The notes under the pieces: generated by a model
The model's database searches: none
The model's input: the letters and a program-made list of their open reading frames with translations, nothing else
What the model was told of the DNA's origin: nothing
Made by a program: the position numbers and the translations under genes
Assembly (NCBI RefSeq): GCF_018350175.1
Contig: NC_058383.1
Location: 25,794,001-25,858,000 of the forward strand
DNA length: 64,000 nucleotides
DNA from: Felis catus
Taxonomy: Eukaryota
Direction of reading: 5' to 3'
In this document: positions 26,529 through 39,976 of the stretch, piece by piece
Position numbering within the stretch: position 1 is the stretch's first letter
Layout: each line of letters starts with the position of its first letter

Positions 26529-26732
26529 CGTCCAGCCACTCCTGAAGGGCACAGCAACTCCAAAGAAAATGAATAAATTTGGGGTAATATAGCAAGTAAG
26601 AAGGGAGATGCTATTGGCTAAACCATCAATGGCAGATTTCTAATGACACTGTACTAGACTCTAGATCCTGCTATACCCAAATTCCAAAGCCCAAATTCCC
26701 TGGACCTTTCAGGTACATGAGCCACTATATTC

Positions 26733-26952
26733 ATTTTTTTTTAATGCTTATTTATTTTTTCAGAGAGAGAGACAGTGAGTGAGCGACCATAAGTGGGGGA
26801 GGAGAAGAGAGAGAGGCAGACAGAATCCTAAGCAGGCTCCAAGCTCTGAGCTGTCAGTACACAGCCTGATGCAGGGCTCAAACTCACAGACTGTGAGATC
26901 ATTACCTGAGCCAAAGTCAGTCGCTTAACTGACTGAGCCACTCAGGCATCCC
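26733..26952 (-). mobile_element. Can-SINE
   Basis: Consensus match. Confidence 0.9.
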
Positions 26953-27397
26953 TAGTCTCTGTTTGATTAAGCCAATTTATATTGGGTTGTTTATTGCTTA
27001 CAACAGGAAAAGTTTTAACTCCTATTCCTTTTTTTCTCCAATCAGCTAACCCCCACTTGTCCTCCTAGATGCCTCCAGGAAGACTTTCTGACCATTCTCA
27101 CCCTCCTCAGCTTAAACTCTCCAGCCCCCCACCCCCAGTTCCTCATTTGCCACTCTGTCATAGCACCTCAGACATAACCATAACATAATACTTGCCCACA
27201 TGTCTATCTTCCCCACTTAACTATAAACTTCTTGAGGACAAGGCACATGTCTCTTTTCTTTATATTCTTAGTGCTTAATTGAGTGCCTTGCATGGAGTAG
27301 GTGATCAATGGGTGGTAAGTAAATGAATGAATGAACTCACCATTCAACTCTCAAACATCAAGGCAAGAAAGAGCTTATTTACAAGAATTCTGACATC

Positions 27398-27840
27398 TTT
27401 TTTTAAAAGTTTATTTATTTATTTTAAGAGTGCATGCAAATGGGAGAGGGGCAGAGAGAGACGGAGAAAAATAGAATCCCAAGCAGGCTTGGCACTGTTA
27501 GTTCAGAGTCTAATGTGGGGCTTGATCTCACAAACGGCGAGATCATGACCTGAGCTGAAGTCAGACGCTTAACCTACTGAGCCACCCAGGCGCCCCAAGA
27601 ATTCTGATATTTAAAACTAGCGACTGCTTGGGGCGCCTGGGTGGCTCAGTCAGTTGAACGTCCGACTTCGGCTCAAGTCATGATCTCAGTGTTCATGGGT
27701 TTGAGCCCCACATCGGGTTCTATGCTGACCGTTCAGAGCCTGGAGCCTGTTTCAGATTCTGTGTCTCCCTCTTTCTCTGCCCCTCCCCTGCTCACACTTT
27801 GTCTGTGTCTCAAAAATAAATAAACATTAAAAAAAAAAAA
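27398..27840. mobile_element. Head-to-head Can-SINE pair: 27398-27596 (-) and 27630-27840 (+)
   Basis: Two heads about 33 bp apart; TSD aagaattctga around the first. Confidence 0.92.
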
Positions 27841-30553
27841 CCCAACTAAGGATTGCTAATATAATTCTGGATAGTTTCTCTTCATTTTCTTCTCCTAATA
27901 TTTTATCATGAAAATGTTCCTTCTTTTTTTTCTTCTCCCCCCCTTCACTTCAAAATAGCCAACTCAGCTTTATAATCTTAGATAAGGTTGAAAAAAAGAA
28001 ACTGTTGTGAAATTGATTCTCACCAAAAAGGAAAGTGCTGCTTAAAATTTTTTTACTGAAAGCTTTACTATAGCCGTTAGTCCATAAAACAGAGCAGTTC
28101 CGAGTTGCTGGAGATTGTTTGCAGTCTTCTACCTCCTTGCTGATAGCCTTTTATTAAAAAATTGAAACACTGCTGGCCAGGGTAATAAAATTAAATGTAC
28201 TGGAGCATGTAACAGGGTTTTCTAAGTCTGCCTTGCAACAGTAGGGTTGCCTTCAAAAAGCCATCTTTAACCCAACTAAGAAAATACTTGTACAACAATG
28301 CAAATATGTATCTAGCATGGATTGCCGTATAATTTAAACAATTCAGCAATTGTAAGATGGCAGTGTCTCTTTCTTCCCTGTCCATAAAAGATGCATTGTT
28401 CCCTTGGCATTTACTGCAGTGTTTGGTGGTAAAGATTCCTTCTACCAAGGGAATGCAGTTTGACTTACTCTATTAAATAGACTTTTAAAATAGCCCAATG
28501 GTCTGATGTATGAAGGTCATGCAGACAGATTTAATCACTTTTGATGCAAAGAAATAAAATGGAAGAAATTGTGTTTTCCTTCTGATCTGAGCAAGTGTGG
28601 ACGTGCCGTGCATACTCAGACACGTGGAACAGTGAGGATATTGTTCAGCTGTTGTTTAGTTTAAAAATTATCTGCCAGGGAGCTGAAAGAGAGAAGGGAG
28701 AGCAAATGAAAAGTTGTGGTGAGTGAAGAGATAAGAGAGGAAGTAATAGAGAGAAAAATTAAAGAGTGAGATTAAGAAAGTGTGGGCACCCAGGGTTTAT
28801 GTAATGCGGACAAACATACTGAGTTCATGATTGTTAAAGGGTGAGTATGTGCAAGTTTCGGCAAGCAGAGGAAACAGTTAGAACAACCTCAAACAAGGTT
28901 AAAAAGCAATTTTTAAAAATCCAGAATTAAAAGGAAAAAGACTAACTGACAAAGACATCATCATGTCATCATGAGTCTGCAACTTACTTTAAAATGCACC
29001 CAAAAAACAAGGTAGATGGATAGACGGATGGACTGATGGATTGGTGGACAGATATGCAACCAAGCCAATAAAGCAAAATGGTAACTGTAGAATCTAGGTG
29101 GTAAATATGTGGATGTTCCCTCTGAAATTCTTTCACTGTTCTATATTGCTGGAAAAATTTTGTAATAAAATTTGGGGGTGGAAAACATCATCATAAAAGA
29201 CTGAAACCCCAAAGAGAGAAAAGGCAGAAATTGGAGTTCAACCCAGACAGCACCTTGCCCCGATGTTCATGTTGGGTACGCCCATAAGAAGCAGACTAGA
29301 AATGCAGAGACTAGAAAGAGAAACTACTTGCATTGGAAAGTCACTGAATCTGCATCCGGTAATGAATGTAATTCCACCCCAGAAAGGTCAAAAGCACACG
29401 CTGTGAGGTTAGTGCACTGAAGTGTGGCTTGCTATGGCATTGTATTTGTTGAGATTCTTTGGGTTTGCAAGGTTTAGAAATCTGTTCGGGTTACCTTGGT
29501 TACTGGGTATTTTTTACAAATCAGTTTAGGATAGATTTTGCCGCAGCAAACAACCCCTAAATCTGAGAAGCTTATATCATCAATGGTTTTTTTTTCACTC
29601 ATGTTACATGAACATTTCAATCAGCTATAGCTCCCTGCTCCACGTTGTCTTTACTCTGGGATTCAGGCTGACGAGCTTCTCTCTAAAATAGCGCTAGTTA
29701 TCACATTAAGTGAATACGACATGGTGAACCATGCTTTGACTCTTAGAGTGTGTATTTGGAAATGACATATGTCACGTTCACACACTGCTTTGACCAAAGC
29801 AGTCACATGGTCAAGCCTCCCTTAGAGAGAGGCCACAAATATTTTTGAACACGAATATAGTCTCGCACACGGGGTTAGTGTAAAGGCAGAAGGTGTGGAA
29901 GGAAAATGGGAATTCCTCTGACTGGGGGCAGGTCTCAGGGAGAAGTGGACCAGGGTCCATGGCTATTCAGGGCGCAGGTCTGGCTAATCACAGTAGCCTC
30001 ATCTACTTACAGCTTTGTGGCTCAACAACAGTTCTGGTTCTCAATCTACGTGGGACTCAGCCCTGTGGCATCGCTACTCCCCAGAAGGAAGAATCTGATT
30101 GGATTGGTAAGATACTACTCAGAATGGGCCATCCCTGTTGGGCAGAGCAATTGTACCGGATCATTTCATAGTCACTTGGCATTCTCAAGTGGCTGCCCAT
30201 AGGGTGCGACACTTATTCTTGGCTCAATCACTTGTAGCCAGGGTAATGGGGACATGGACAAAGCAGGGACAGAGGGCTGAAGTTAAGGCTGTGGGTGTGG
30301 CATGCACTTAGAATGTCATAGCCTCCTTTCCCACATAGCTATTCTCTACAGTAAACTTCCACGCCTGAGAACCAGCCCCCCAAGACAAAAGTGATAACTG
30401 ATTCTAGAAATGAGCACTCACTTGGACTACAGCCAGATGCCAAAATACTTATCACAGCAAACTTCAAACAGAAGTTACATTTTCCCCGACTGCATTAGAA
30501 TTTCATTAAAGAAAAATAATACTTCTCAAAAGAACTTAAAAATACACACTCAT

Positions 30554-30770
30554 GGGGCACCTGGGTGGCTCAGTTGGTTAAGTGTCTGACTTCGGCTCAG
30601 GTCATGATCTCACAGTTTGTGGGTTCAAGCCCTGTATCGGGCCCTGTGCTGACAGCTCAGAGCCTGGAGCCTGCTTCCGATTCTGTGTCTCCCTCTCTCT
30701 CTGCCCCTCCCCAGCTCATGCTCTCTCTCTGTCTCTCAAAAATGAATGTTAAAAAAATTTAAAAAAAAAA
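30554..30770 (+). mobile_element. Can-SINE
   Basis: Consensus match; TSD aaaatacacactcat / aaaatacactcat. Confidence 0.93.
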
Positions 30771-31792
30771 TACACTCATAACACAAAGTATAGACCAAGA
30801 CTTTCAGCACGGGCCACGTGCTCATTTCTAAAAGTGTTCTGAAGTAAAAGGAGTAACGCTAAAATAATTCTACCACACCTTTCCTGTGACAAATCTATTT
30901 TTTCCACTCCTTAGAAAAGTTTTTCAAACAAAAGTGGATGGTATTTCTAATTCCCTTATTGGTCAAGGTCAGGAAACAGAGTTTCTTCCTTCACTGACCA
31001 GAGCCCTTGTACTTTTTAAAAGATATTTGGGTATTTTATTTAAAAAATAAAAGACTACAATAAATGACTGTAAGATAGCACAGGACTCTAAGAAGAAATA
31101 GATTTGTTTTACTGAATTATTCATAGTAGCAAATTTTAGTGTCATGAGATCATCAAATGACTTATCAGGAGTTAGAAATAGTTTCCTGATACTAACTTTT
31201 GTTTACAATAGTCTTCATTGTAATGGAATTTGATGAGCAACCAAAGCAAAAGGGAAAATTTTATGCCGTGTGGGATAGGATAGGAAAAGAGGCAGAAAGT
31301 CTTATCACCTCTATCCAGACCCTGCATTTAATCCATATTTAAAGCTGAGATAAGATTTATTCTCAGGCATCATTTTAGTCATGCAGAAAACTCCTGATTT
31401 CTTTCTAAATTATGCACAGTGCATTGTTCCGGTTTAGTCCTGTTCAGTAAACATTTACTGAGAACCTACTATGTGCCAAGCCTGTGTTAAACACAAGAGA
31501 TAAAGAAATGAGTAAGCTAGGGCTGCACTGTGGTTATTAATTCAACATCCAGCAGCCAACCTCCGGCTGGAGGTTGCTGTGATGAGTATGGAGGATTAAG
31601 TCCATCTCCAGCTCCAGGTATGAATCCCGATTAGGCAGTCCAGATAAGCCCACCCCACCTGCCACCTAGACCTAAACCTGGTCCACATTTATCCTGGCCC
31701 GAGGGATTTGCTGAATGGAGAATGGGTGCATAATCAATTTCAGACTGATAAGGTATGAGGGGAGATGTGCTGGGGCTTCTGGGAAATCATTT

Positions 31793-32013
31793 CCTTTTCT
31801 TTTCTTTTCTTTTTAATGTTTATTTTGAGACAGAGAGAGACAGAGTGAGAGTGGGGGAGGGGAAAAGAGAGAGGGAGACACAGAATCCAAAGCAGGCTCC
31901 AGGCTCTGGAGCTGTCAGCACAGAGCCCGACACAGGGATTGAACCCACAAGCTGCGAGATCATGACCTGAGCCGAAGTCGGACGCTCAACTGACTGAGCC
32001 ACCCAGGTGCCCC
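31793..32013 (-). mobile_element. Can-SINE
   Basis: Consensus match. Confidence 0.92.
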
Positions 32014-33918
32014 AGGTTGCTGTAGTTGCAGGGGCAAAGCCTAGGCCAGGGGCAGTATCTGTTTGGCCAGCCTGAGGATAAAACCAACTTTGCAAGAGGC
32101 CACCCAGAGAGGCAGAAGAGAACCAAGTCTCTGGTTTTATCATTGAGTTCTCAATCAAACCCATCCAGAAATCCTCCTTCTTTACCTCAGAACCTTTTAG
32201 TTTCCTGAACCAAAGAATCCCCTTCATTATTTAAGACAGTTTCCTGCTGTTCGCAGCACAATGAGTCCTAGCCAAGATAGCTGCCCAGTATCCTTTCTGC
32301 CTTCTTTTGGTAACAGCACCTTGAGTTCCTTTTGGGGATCTGTCTTTACCCAATTCTAAAGCTATGTGCACTGGGTTAGGGATCCTTCACTTTGCCCAAC
32401 AGCCCACTGCCCACTAAATTCCCCTAGTTCCAAGGATTGATTCCAAAGTAGGTCATTGACCTGAGTCAGTTCAATTAGAAACTCAGGAAGAGACTTTCTC
32501 TTTCTAAGGCATGAGACATAGGCTAGTGTCACAAGGCAGGGACCATTTGAGGGTGGAGCCACGCCAGAGGAAACTGAATCAAGAGATGGAGAGGGAACCA
32601 AATCGTGAAGACATCATCTGGGTCCCCAGATCAAGCTGTGGAAGATCTCCCCATGGGAGAGGACATATATAAACAAACAAACAAACAAACAATCTTCTTC
32701 ACTGAAGTCAGTTCAAATGGGGTTTTCTGTCATGTGAGGGACTGGCCCCAGAGTTAACTAGCAGATAGGGGAATAGCGAGTTCTGCATACTTAACACATC
32801 CAGCTGGAACAAACTCTTTGAGTTCATTATACTTTTTACTGCTGACAATATAAACTTTTATCAAAAATTGCTTATAGCAAAAATTATTAACTTAATCATT
32901 AACCAAAATATTTTCAGAGCTGCATTGGAAAGAAATCCCAAGTGAAGTTTATAATAGCCACTAAGCCAGCTCTGTTCAGTATATCTGTCCAGTTATGTTC
33001 TTATTAAGTTCTCACCTCTCATGTTCCAATTAAGCTAATCCAAAGGCAGGGCTAGATGTCAGTGGATCACCAAGAACATGGAGCCAAATGTAATGTCTAA
33101 TCTTAAGATGATGTTTACGTGTCTCAAACTTAATTTGCCACTAGAATACAACCCAATTCATGACAGAATAGGAATAGTATTATGGCCTTTTAATCAATGT
33201 TCAGTTTAAGAAAAATGCTGAAGTTCTATCTTAACAATTGCATAGTTGATTTTCTTTTCACCTCTTCCAAATCACATAGACTCTGGGCTGCCCAGGGATC
33301 CCAGGAAAGGCAGCTATAAATATAAATAGAAGATCAGGAAGGTCAATGTCAACAAGATGCAGCAAGGAACAGGCAAGTCTTCATGAAAATTCTACAAAGA
33401 CCTGTCTTGGTATAAAAATTATTTGCAACCTAACTTCACAGTTATGCCTCCAAGAGATCAAGGGGTCTCTTGCACTCCCTTCAAGGCCTGCCCTCTGCTC
33501 AGAGAAGATGGAAAAATTGATCAGGGCCTATGCAAAAGGAAGCTTCTGGCAGAGGCTCTGACAATCAGGGCTTTCTTAATCCATCTCACTATCTCCGTCT
33601 GAAACTGGGTTTATTCTTTTCTTCACTTTCAACCTGGACCCATGTCTCCTCCCTCTGTTTTCTCACTTGTTGCCAGCTGCCTCTCTTCCTGAATCCCTCA
33701 AGCACAATCTTGAAAGACAATGGCTACCCCCTACTGAACACTCACCCTGTGCTAAATGCCATACACAGAACACCTTAATCCTCCCAAAAACCCTGGTGAG
33801 GTGGGTACTATGGTTATCACCCTCCCCATGTAACAAATAAGAAAACTGAGACCCTTAGAGTTTTAGAGTTTAAGGAAACTTCCCAGATGCCCAGGGCTAG
33901 CAAAACTTGGAGGAGGGA

Positions 33919-34386
33919 GGGCACCTGGGTGGCTCAGTCAGTTAAGCATCCAACTTTGGCTCAGGTCATGATTTCACAGTCTGAGTTTGAGCCCTGTGTT
34001 GGGCTCTGCGCTGACAGCTCAGAGCCTGGAGCCTGCTTCAGATTCTGTGTGTGTCTCTCTCTCTTTGCCCCTTCCCCGCTCACACTCGGGTCTCTCTCTC
34101 TTTCTCTCAAAAGATGAATAAATGTTGGGGCGCCTGGGTGGCACAGTCGGTTAAGCGTCCGACTTCAGCCAGGTCACGATCTCGCGGTCCGGGAGTTCGA
34201 GCCCCGCATCGGGCTCTGGGCTGATGGCTCAGAGCCTGGAGCCTGTTTCCGATTCTGTGTCTCCCTCTCTCTCTGCCCCTCCCTCGTTCATGCTCTGTCT
34301 CTCTCTGTCCCAAAAATAAATAAACGTTGAAAAAATAAAAATAAAAAATAAAAGATGAATAAATGTTAAAAAAAAATTTTTTTTAA
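33919..34386 (+). mobile_element. Can-SINE with a young Can-SINE (34127-34349) nested in its tail
   Basis: 18-bp TSD aaaagatgaataaatgtt at 34109-34126 and 34350-34367. Confidence 0.94.
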
Positions 34387-34988
34387 GTTGGAGGAGGGGA
34401 TTCAAGCCCACCCTTTTGATTCCAGCAACCCTACCTTACCTTTCCTTACTGTATTCTCAGAGCCCTCCACATGTCTGAGTTTAACCTCCCACTACTCTTT
34501 AACTCCCCACATGGCCAGTCTCAACCCACCTCTTCGTTACATACTGCCCTCATTCTTAGTTTTCCATTCCGGGCCTAAGGAACATTTTTCCAATTCAATT
34601 TTGTTCTTATTTTATTGCTACTTTTCACTGCAGCTGTGCCAGTCACTGAGCTGAACACATTATCTTATTTAAATTCTCTTACTATTAATGATATTATCAT
34701 TATATGTAATAATATGTATATCATTATATATAATAATATATATATTATTATTACTATTTCTATTTCACAGAGGAGTACACTGAGGCTTAGAAGGTTAAAA
34801 TTACAAGGTCCCAGTGCTAGCCAGGTCCAAAGTCACATACCTAGAAAGAGGTAGAACTGGGCTCTCAATTCAGGTAAGCATAGCTCCAAACTCTATGCTT
34901 AATCATTAAGCTTCCCTTACACTGCCTCCCACATAACAACAGCAGCAGCTACTACTACAAAAATCTGGGTGTTTTTAGGATTTCAGAA

Positions 34989-35204
34989 CAAGGGTTGGAA
35001 ACTTTCTTAAATGGCCGGGTATATATATTAGGCTTGTGTTACAACTATTCAACTTGGCTACAGTGAAAGAGTGCAAAAGTGCACTTTCAGTGCAAAAGTG
35101 GCCATAGACAAAAATGTAAAGGAATGGGTGTAGCTGTGTTCCAATAAAATTTCAGTTACAAAAAGAGGTAGCTGGCCCTACAGGCCATAATTTGCAGACC
35201 TCTG
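34989..35204 (+). mobile_element. MER58A-like DNA transposon
   Basis: agggttggaaactttcttaaatggcc...gctgtgttccaataaaa...tttgcagacctctg. Confidence 0.75.
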
Positions 35205-36282
35205 CTTTAGAACATTATCAATCACTGATAGATGCTTTTTCATGCAGAAGCATGGAAAAATCCATAGTACTTGATTTCTGACCCAGAAATTTGATTTCAA
35301 GAAAGCTCAGTTTCACCCATTTCCTGGACAGCCCTTTTATTATTCTAAGGGATTAACAGTTTAAACATCTTTTGGCTCTGGAAGTAGTTTATGACTTGGG
35401 TTTTCTTGTTCCTAAAAAGTAGCAGGAGAAATGCAGCTCTCTAAACAACCAAGAGGGCCAAAAGAATCAATTGAACCTTATTTTCACTTTTTAAAAAATG
35501 GTTTCCAATCCTTTAGACATTAATTCTCAAGAGAATTTTGGGATACCTTGCAGTCTTTCTTTCTTTTTCGGTCACTATGGCTGTGATTCTAGCAGCTTCT
35601 TCAGCATTGGAGGGCCCTTAATAGTGCATTCTCAGGTTCTGAGCTCACCATATTATTTCCAAGGGTTATGTTTAGATTTTTACAAATATATATTACTTTT
35701 TAAAGGCGCTAGTATTTTTAGAACGATGAGGAAAATCCATCCTTGGCCATCTGTAATACCCAGAAATTAGTAACAAGGATACCACCTTCCATTTATTCAA
35801 GCAACAACTGGTCACTCAGCAGGGACCATGGGGAATAACATTCCTTCTACAGACTCGCTATTTTCTAGGCATCATATTAATCATGTTAACAACAGTTAAT
35901 ATGCACTGAATGTTGTCACTCTGCCAGGCACTCTTCTAAATTTTACTTAGCTCATTTATCCTCATGACAACTACGTATTATTAGGTTACTATTCTTATTA
36001 TTCCCGTTTTACAGATTAGGAAACAGGGGTACAGAAAGGTTAAATACCTTGTCCAAAGTCACTTACTAGTAGATGGTCAGAGTCAGAATTTGAACTCAGT
36101 TGGACTCCAGAACTTGCTCTTTCACACATTACCTCATTTAACCCTGTCCATAAGCCCACCAGTGGTTTACAAATGAGGGGAGGAGGGAGTTGCAGACAAG
36201 TAACTTCCCTGAAGTCACTAGGCTAGAGCCAGAAGTCAAACGTGCCACCTGCTGCCAAATCCATACTATTTCTAATACAGTA

Positions 36283-36785
36283 TATGAGGTGAATTGCAAA
36301 AAGGGCCACCATTCTTCACCCCTTCCTGGATCTACAACCTTTGCAGTGTAGTTTTATAGCTCTTCCCATCAAGAGATGGAGTCTATTTTCTTACTCTCTG
36401 AATCTGAGCTGGCTTTGTGACTTGCTTTGGCCAACGTAATGCCGTAAAAGTAACAATATGCCAGTCCCAAACCTCATCAGGCTCAAGAGGGCTTGAGAAC
36501 TTCTACTTGAACCCTCGCACCCCTGCCCAGCTACGATGTGAACTCTCCAGGGTTAATTTGATGGAAGCTGAGTAGCCAAGTTGAACAGAGGTGATACATC
36601 CCAGCTAAGGCCTTCCTAGACCCAGCCTGCCCACAGACACAAGAATGGCCCCAACCAAGGCCAGAAGAACCTCCCAGCTGAGCCCAGCTCAATTGCTCTC
36701 TTGCAGGAGAATGAACTAAATAAACTGTTGTTTTATCCACTAACTTTTGAGGTAGTGTGTTATGTAGCAAAAAATCAACAGATGC
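36283..36785 (+). mobile_element. MLT1-family solo LTR
   Basis: tcccatcaagagatggagtctatt, gtgacttgctttggccaa, cccagctgagcccagc, ttttgaggtagtgtgttatgtagcaa. Confidence 0.75.
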
Positions 36786-37236
36786 CGTGTATAATAAGTG
36801 AAATGCAATTTATAGCCAAATGCTCTCCCTATTTAGCAGACAGTCAAGACTGCTACGACAGCCCCCTGGCATAGAGCCATGCCCCTGAAAGCAAGAGGAC
36901 AAAGCTTCAGAGCAGAAAAGGAAAATCCTGTCACAAAGCCACTGCCCTTTATTTTATAAGGCAACCATGGGGTCACCCTCAGGTCAGAGCCTGTTGACTT
37001 TCTTTCTAAAGCCTTGTCTTTTGAGGATGACTTTGATTTTTAGAAACAAAAGCAACTCCTAGCCAAGTTTGGGAATGAAGTGATCAATGCTGCCATTGTT
37101 AAAAAGAAGAAAGAAAAGAAGCATGACTATCAAGTTATAATAAGATTTTCTTGTATGGTTTACAAACTGGATCGGACAGCAATTCCAAGAGCCTCAGAGT
37201 GAAGTATTTTCAACACTAACAGCCTTATTGGCATTC

Positions 37237-37398
37237 AGCAGTCCCCCCTTATCCACAGAGGATAGGTTCCAAGACCTCAGTGGATGCCTGAAAATGCCGT
37301 GAGTACCAAACCCTGCATGTAGTATGTTTTCCCCATATATACATACCTATGACAAATTTAATTTATAAATTAGGCACAATAAGACAACAACAATTTCA
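37237..37398 (+). mobile_element. MER44-like (Tigger) DNA transposon, 5' half only
   Basis: cagcagtcccccttatccacagaggataggttccaagacctcagtggatgcctgaaa...aatttataaattaggcaca. Confidence 0.8.
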
Positions 37399-37402
37399 AC
37401 AA

Positions 37403-37626
37403 TGTTTTTTAAGTTTATTTATTTATTTTGAGAGAGACAGAGAGAGCAAGCTGGGGAGGGAGGGGGCAGAGACAGAGAGGCGGGGGGAGAGAGAGAGAAT
37501 CCCAAGCAGGCTCTCGCTGTCAGCACAAAGCCTGATGCGGGGCTCGAACTCACGAACCATGAGATCATGACCTGAGCCGAAACCAAGAATCAGACGCTTA
37601 ACTGACTGAGCCACCCAGGCGCCCCC
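37403..37626 (-). mobile_element. Can-SINE without evident TSD
   Basis: Consensus match; the two flanks are unrelated. Confidence 0.92.
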
Positions 37627-37984
37627 ATGGGTACTTCTTGAACCTCTGTTTCCTTATCCATAAAAGAGGGACAATAAAACCACCCATTCAAAGGGTTACT
37701 GTAAGTAACAATGTGATTACAATGTGAAATAATGCCTGGCATATGGAAAGTACTCTACAAATGATTGCCATCAATCACCATTGATTAATCACTTAGAAGG
37801 TAACTGTTGGGTAATGGTAGATGATTAAGAAATAGCTCTTAACTTAGAGCCGTATTTCATATTTAGGTACTAACTTCCAAAATGTGAAATTGGGATCTGC
37901 TATCTGGACCCACTTAAATGCTGTGACATTCAATCAAATGTAATAACATCAGGTAAAAACCCAGTTTCCTCTACTGAAAATCTA

Positions 37985-38300
37985 TCCAAGCAATAAAGAT
38001 GAAGTACTGATACACGTACAACACAGATGAACCTCACAAACACTGTACTAAATGAAATAAGCCAGATGTAAAAGACCATATTATGTGATTCTAGTTATTT
38101 GAAATGTTCAGAAAAGGTAAATCTATGGAGATAAAAAGTAGATTCGCTGTTGCTTGGGGGTAGGGGTGGAAATGAAGAGTAACCAGAAATAGCCACTAGA
38201 GATTGGGGGTGGGGAGAGGTTATGGAAATGTTCTAAAATTAGATTGTGGTGATGGCTGCACAATTCTAAATGTGGTTCAGTTAAAATGAGTGGACTTTTT
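37985..38300 (+). mobile_element. Old L1M 3' fragment
   Basis: atgaagtactgatacacgtacaacacagatgaacctc...ggaaatgttctaaaattagattgtggtgatggctgcacaattct. Confidence 0.75.
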
Positions 38301-38315
38301 AAAATCCTTTTTTTA

Positions 38316-38960
38316 GAGGCACCCAGGTGGCTCAATCAGTCGAGCATCTGACTCTTGATTTTGGCTCAGGTCATGATCTTGCGGTTGTGGGATTGAGCCC
38401 TGCATCGGGCTCTGCACTGACAGCATGGAGCCTGCTGGGGATTCTCTCTCCCTCTCTCTCTGCCCCTCTGCCCTACTTTCACTTGCTCTCCTAACTCCAT
38501 TTAACATACAAACACAGGTGGGGTCTTTTTTTCATGGTTTTAATATATATTGATTTTTCCAGGAAAGCAACCACCACATATACTGAGGGAAAAGTGTACT
38601 TGGTTCTATTCAGAACCTAAGAGTTTCTCACCATTTCAGAAAAATCCTAATACCATGGGCAATATCACTTACAGTATCTGAATGACTGATACATCGTGCG
38701 TGATGCAGTCTGCCTTTTGCAGCTATCATATTCATGGTGATTCTTTTTTTTTTTTAATGTTTTTATTTATTTTTGAGACAGGGAGAGACAGAGCACGAGC
38801 AGAGGAGGGGCAGAGAGAGAGGGAGAGACAGAATCGGAAGCAGGCTCCAGGCTCTGAGCTGTCAGCACACAGCCCGACACGGGGCTCAAACTCACGAACT
38901 GTGAGATCATGACCTGAGAGGAGGTCAGACACTCGACCGACTGAGCCACCCAGGAGCCCC
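38316..38960. mobile_element. Can-SINEs at about 38316-38490 (+) and 38743-38960 (-)
   Basis: Consensus heads and bodies. Confidence 0.9.
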
Positions 38961-39115
38961 TGATTCTATGTATATGTACAAGCAAGTCACTACTCATATC
39001 TTCTAGTATAGTTTTACCTGAGATTTTAAAAAATTAAAAAATATTACATATGTTGTAAATGGTTTCCATTTTCTTTCTCCTTTATGCTATAGTCCGCTAT
39101 AGTATAAACAGCCAC

Positions 39116-39198
39116 TATATACATATATATATATGTGTGCGTGTGTGTACGTATATATGTGTGTATACATATACACACACACACATATATATATATGT
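39116..39198. repeat. Compound (TA)/(TG)/(CA) microsatellite
   Basis: Seen directly. Confidence 0.9.
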
Positions 39199-39741
39199 TT
39201 GAAATTATTGCACAGATAGATGCAACAGATTATTAGCTAATGAGCACCTAATGAATCATGCATGTTAGGTCCATGCCCCTTATGCCCCTTTGCAATGTGA
39301 CTTTGCTAATTTTTCTAGAAGGAGTCTATTTCTCACCTACTTATGGGTTGCCAGGTGAGTTGCTGGCTTTGTGAATTGCTTTGACCAGTGGAACGTGGTA
39401 GAAGGGTTGCTGTTGGAATTCCAGAGCCCCAGCCTCACATTTCTGCCTTTGCCCTCTTGGAAATGTCCTGAAACCACCAGGCTGTAAAGAAGCAGGGCTG
39501 GCCTGCTACAGGATAAGAGCCATGAGGAGGAGAACTGAAGTGCCTAGCCAACACCAGCACTGAGGCCCCAGCCATGTGCCTGACACCAGCTTGGACCTCC
39601 CAGCCCTTCCCAGTCTGAAAGCAGTCACATGAGTGAGTCGAGGTGAGACCAAGAGAAGAACATTCAGCCCACAGAAATATTAAATCAATGTGTTAAGACA
39701 GGCAGTTTCCAGGTAGTTTGTTATAAACAACACACACAGCA

Positions 39742-39920
39742 GGGGCACCCAGGTAGCTCAGCTGGTTAAGCATCTGACTCTTGATTTTGGCTCAGGTCAT
39801 GATCTCATGGTTTGTGAGTTTGAGCCCCACATCAGGCTCTGCAATAAGACTGCGGAGCCTGCTTGGGATTCTCTCTCTTCTTCTCTCTCTCTCTGCTCCC
39901 TCCCAGTTCACATGCGCGCG

Positions 39921-39974
<54 letters not shown>

Positions 39975-39976
39975 AT
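39742..39976 (+). mobile_element. Can-SINE with (GC)n(CT)n expansion, following an MLT1-like LTR (about 39225-39735)
   Basis: Consensus head and long CT tract. Confidence 0.88.
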
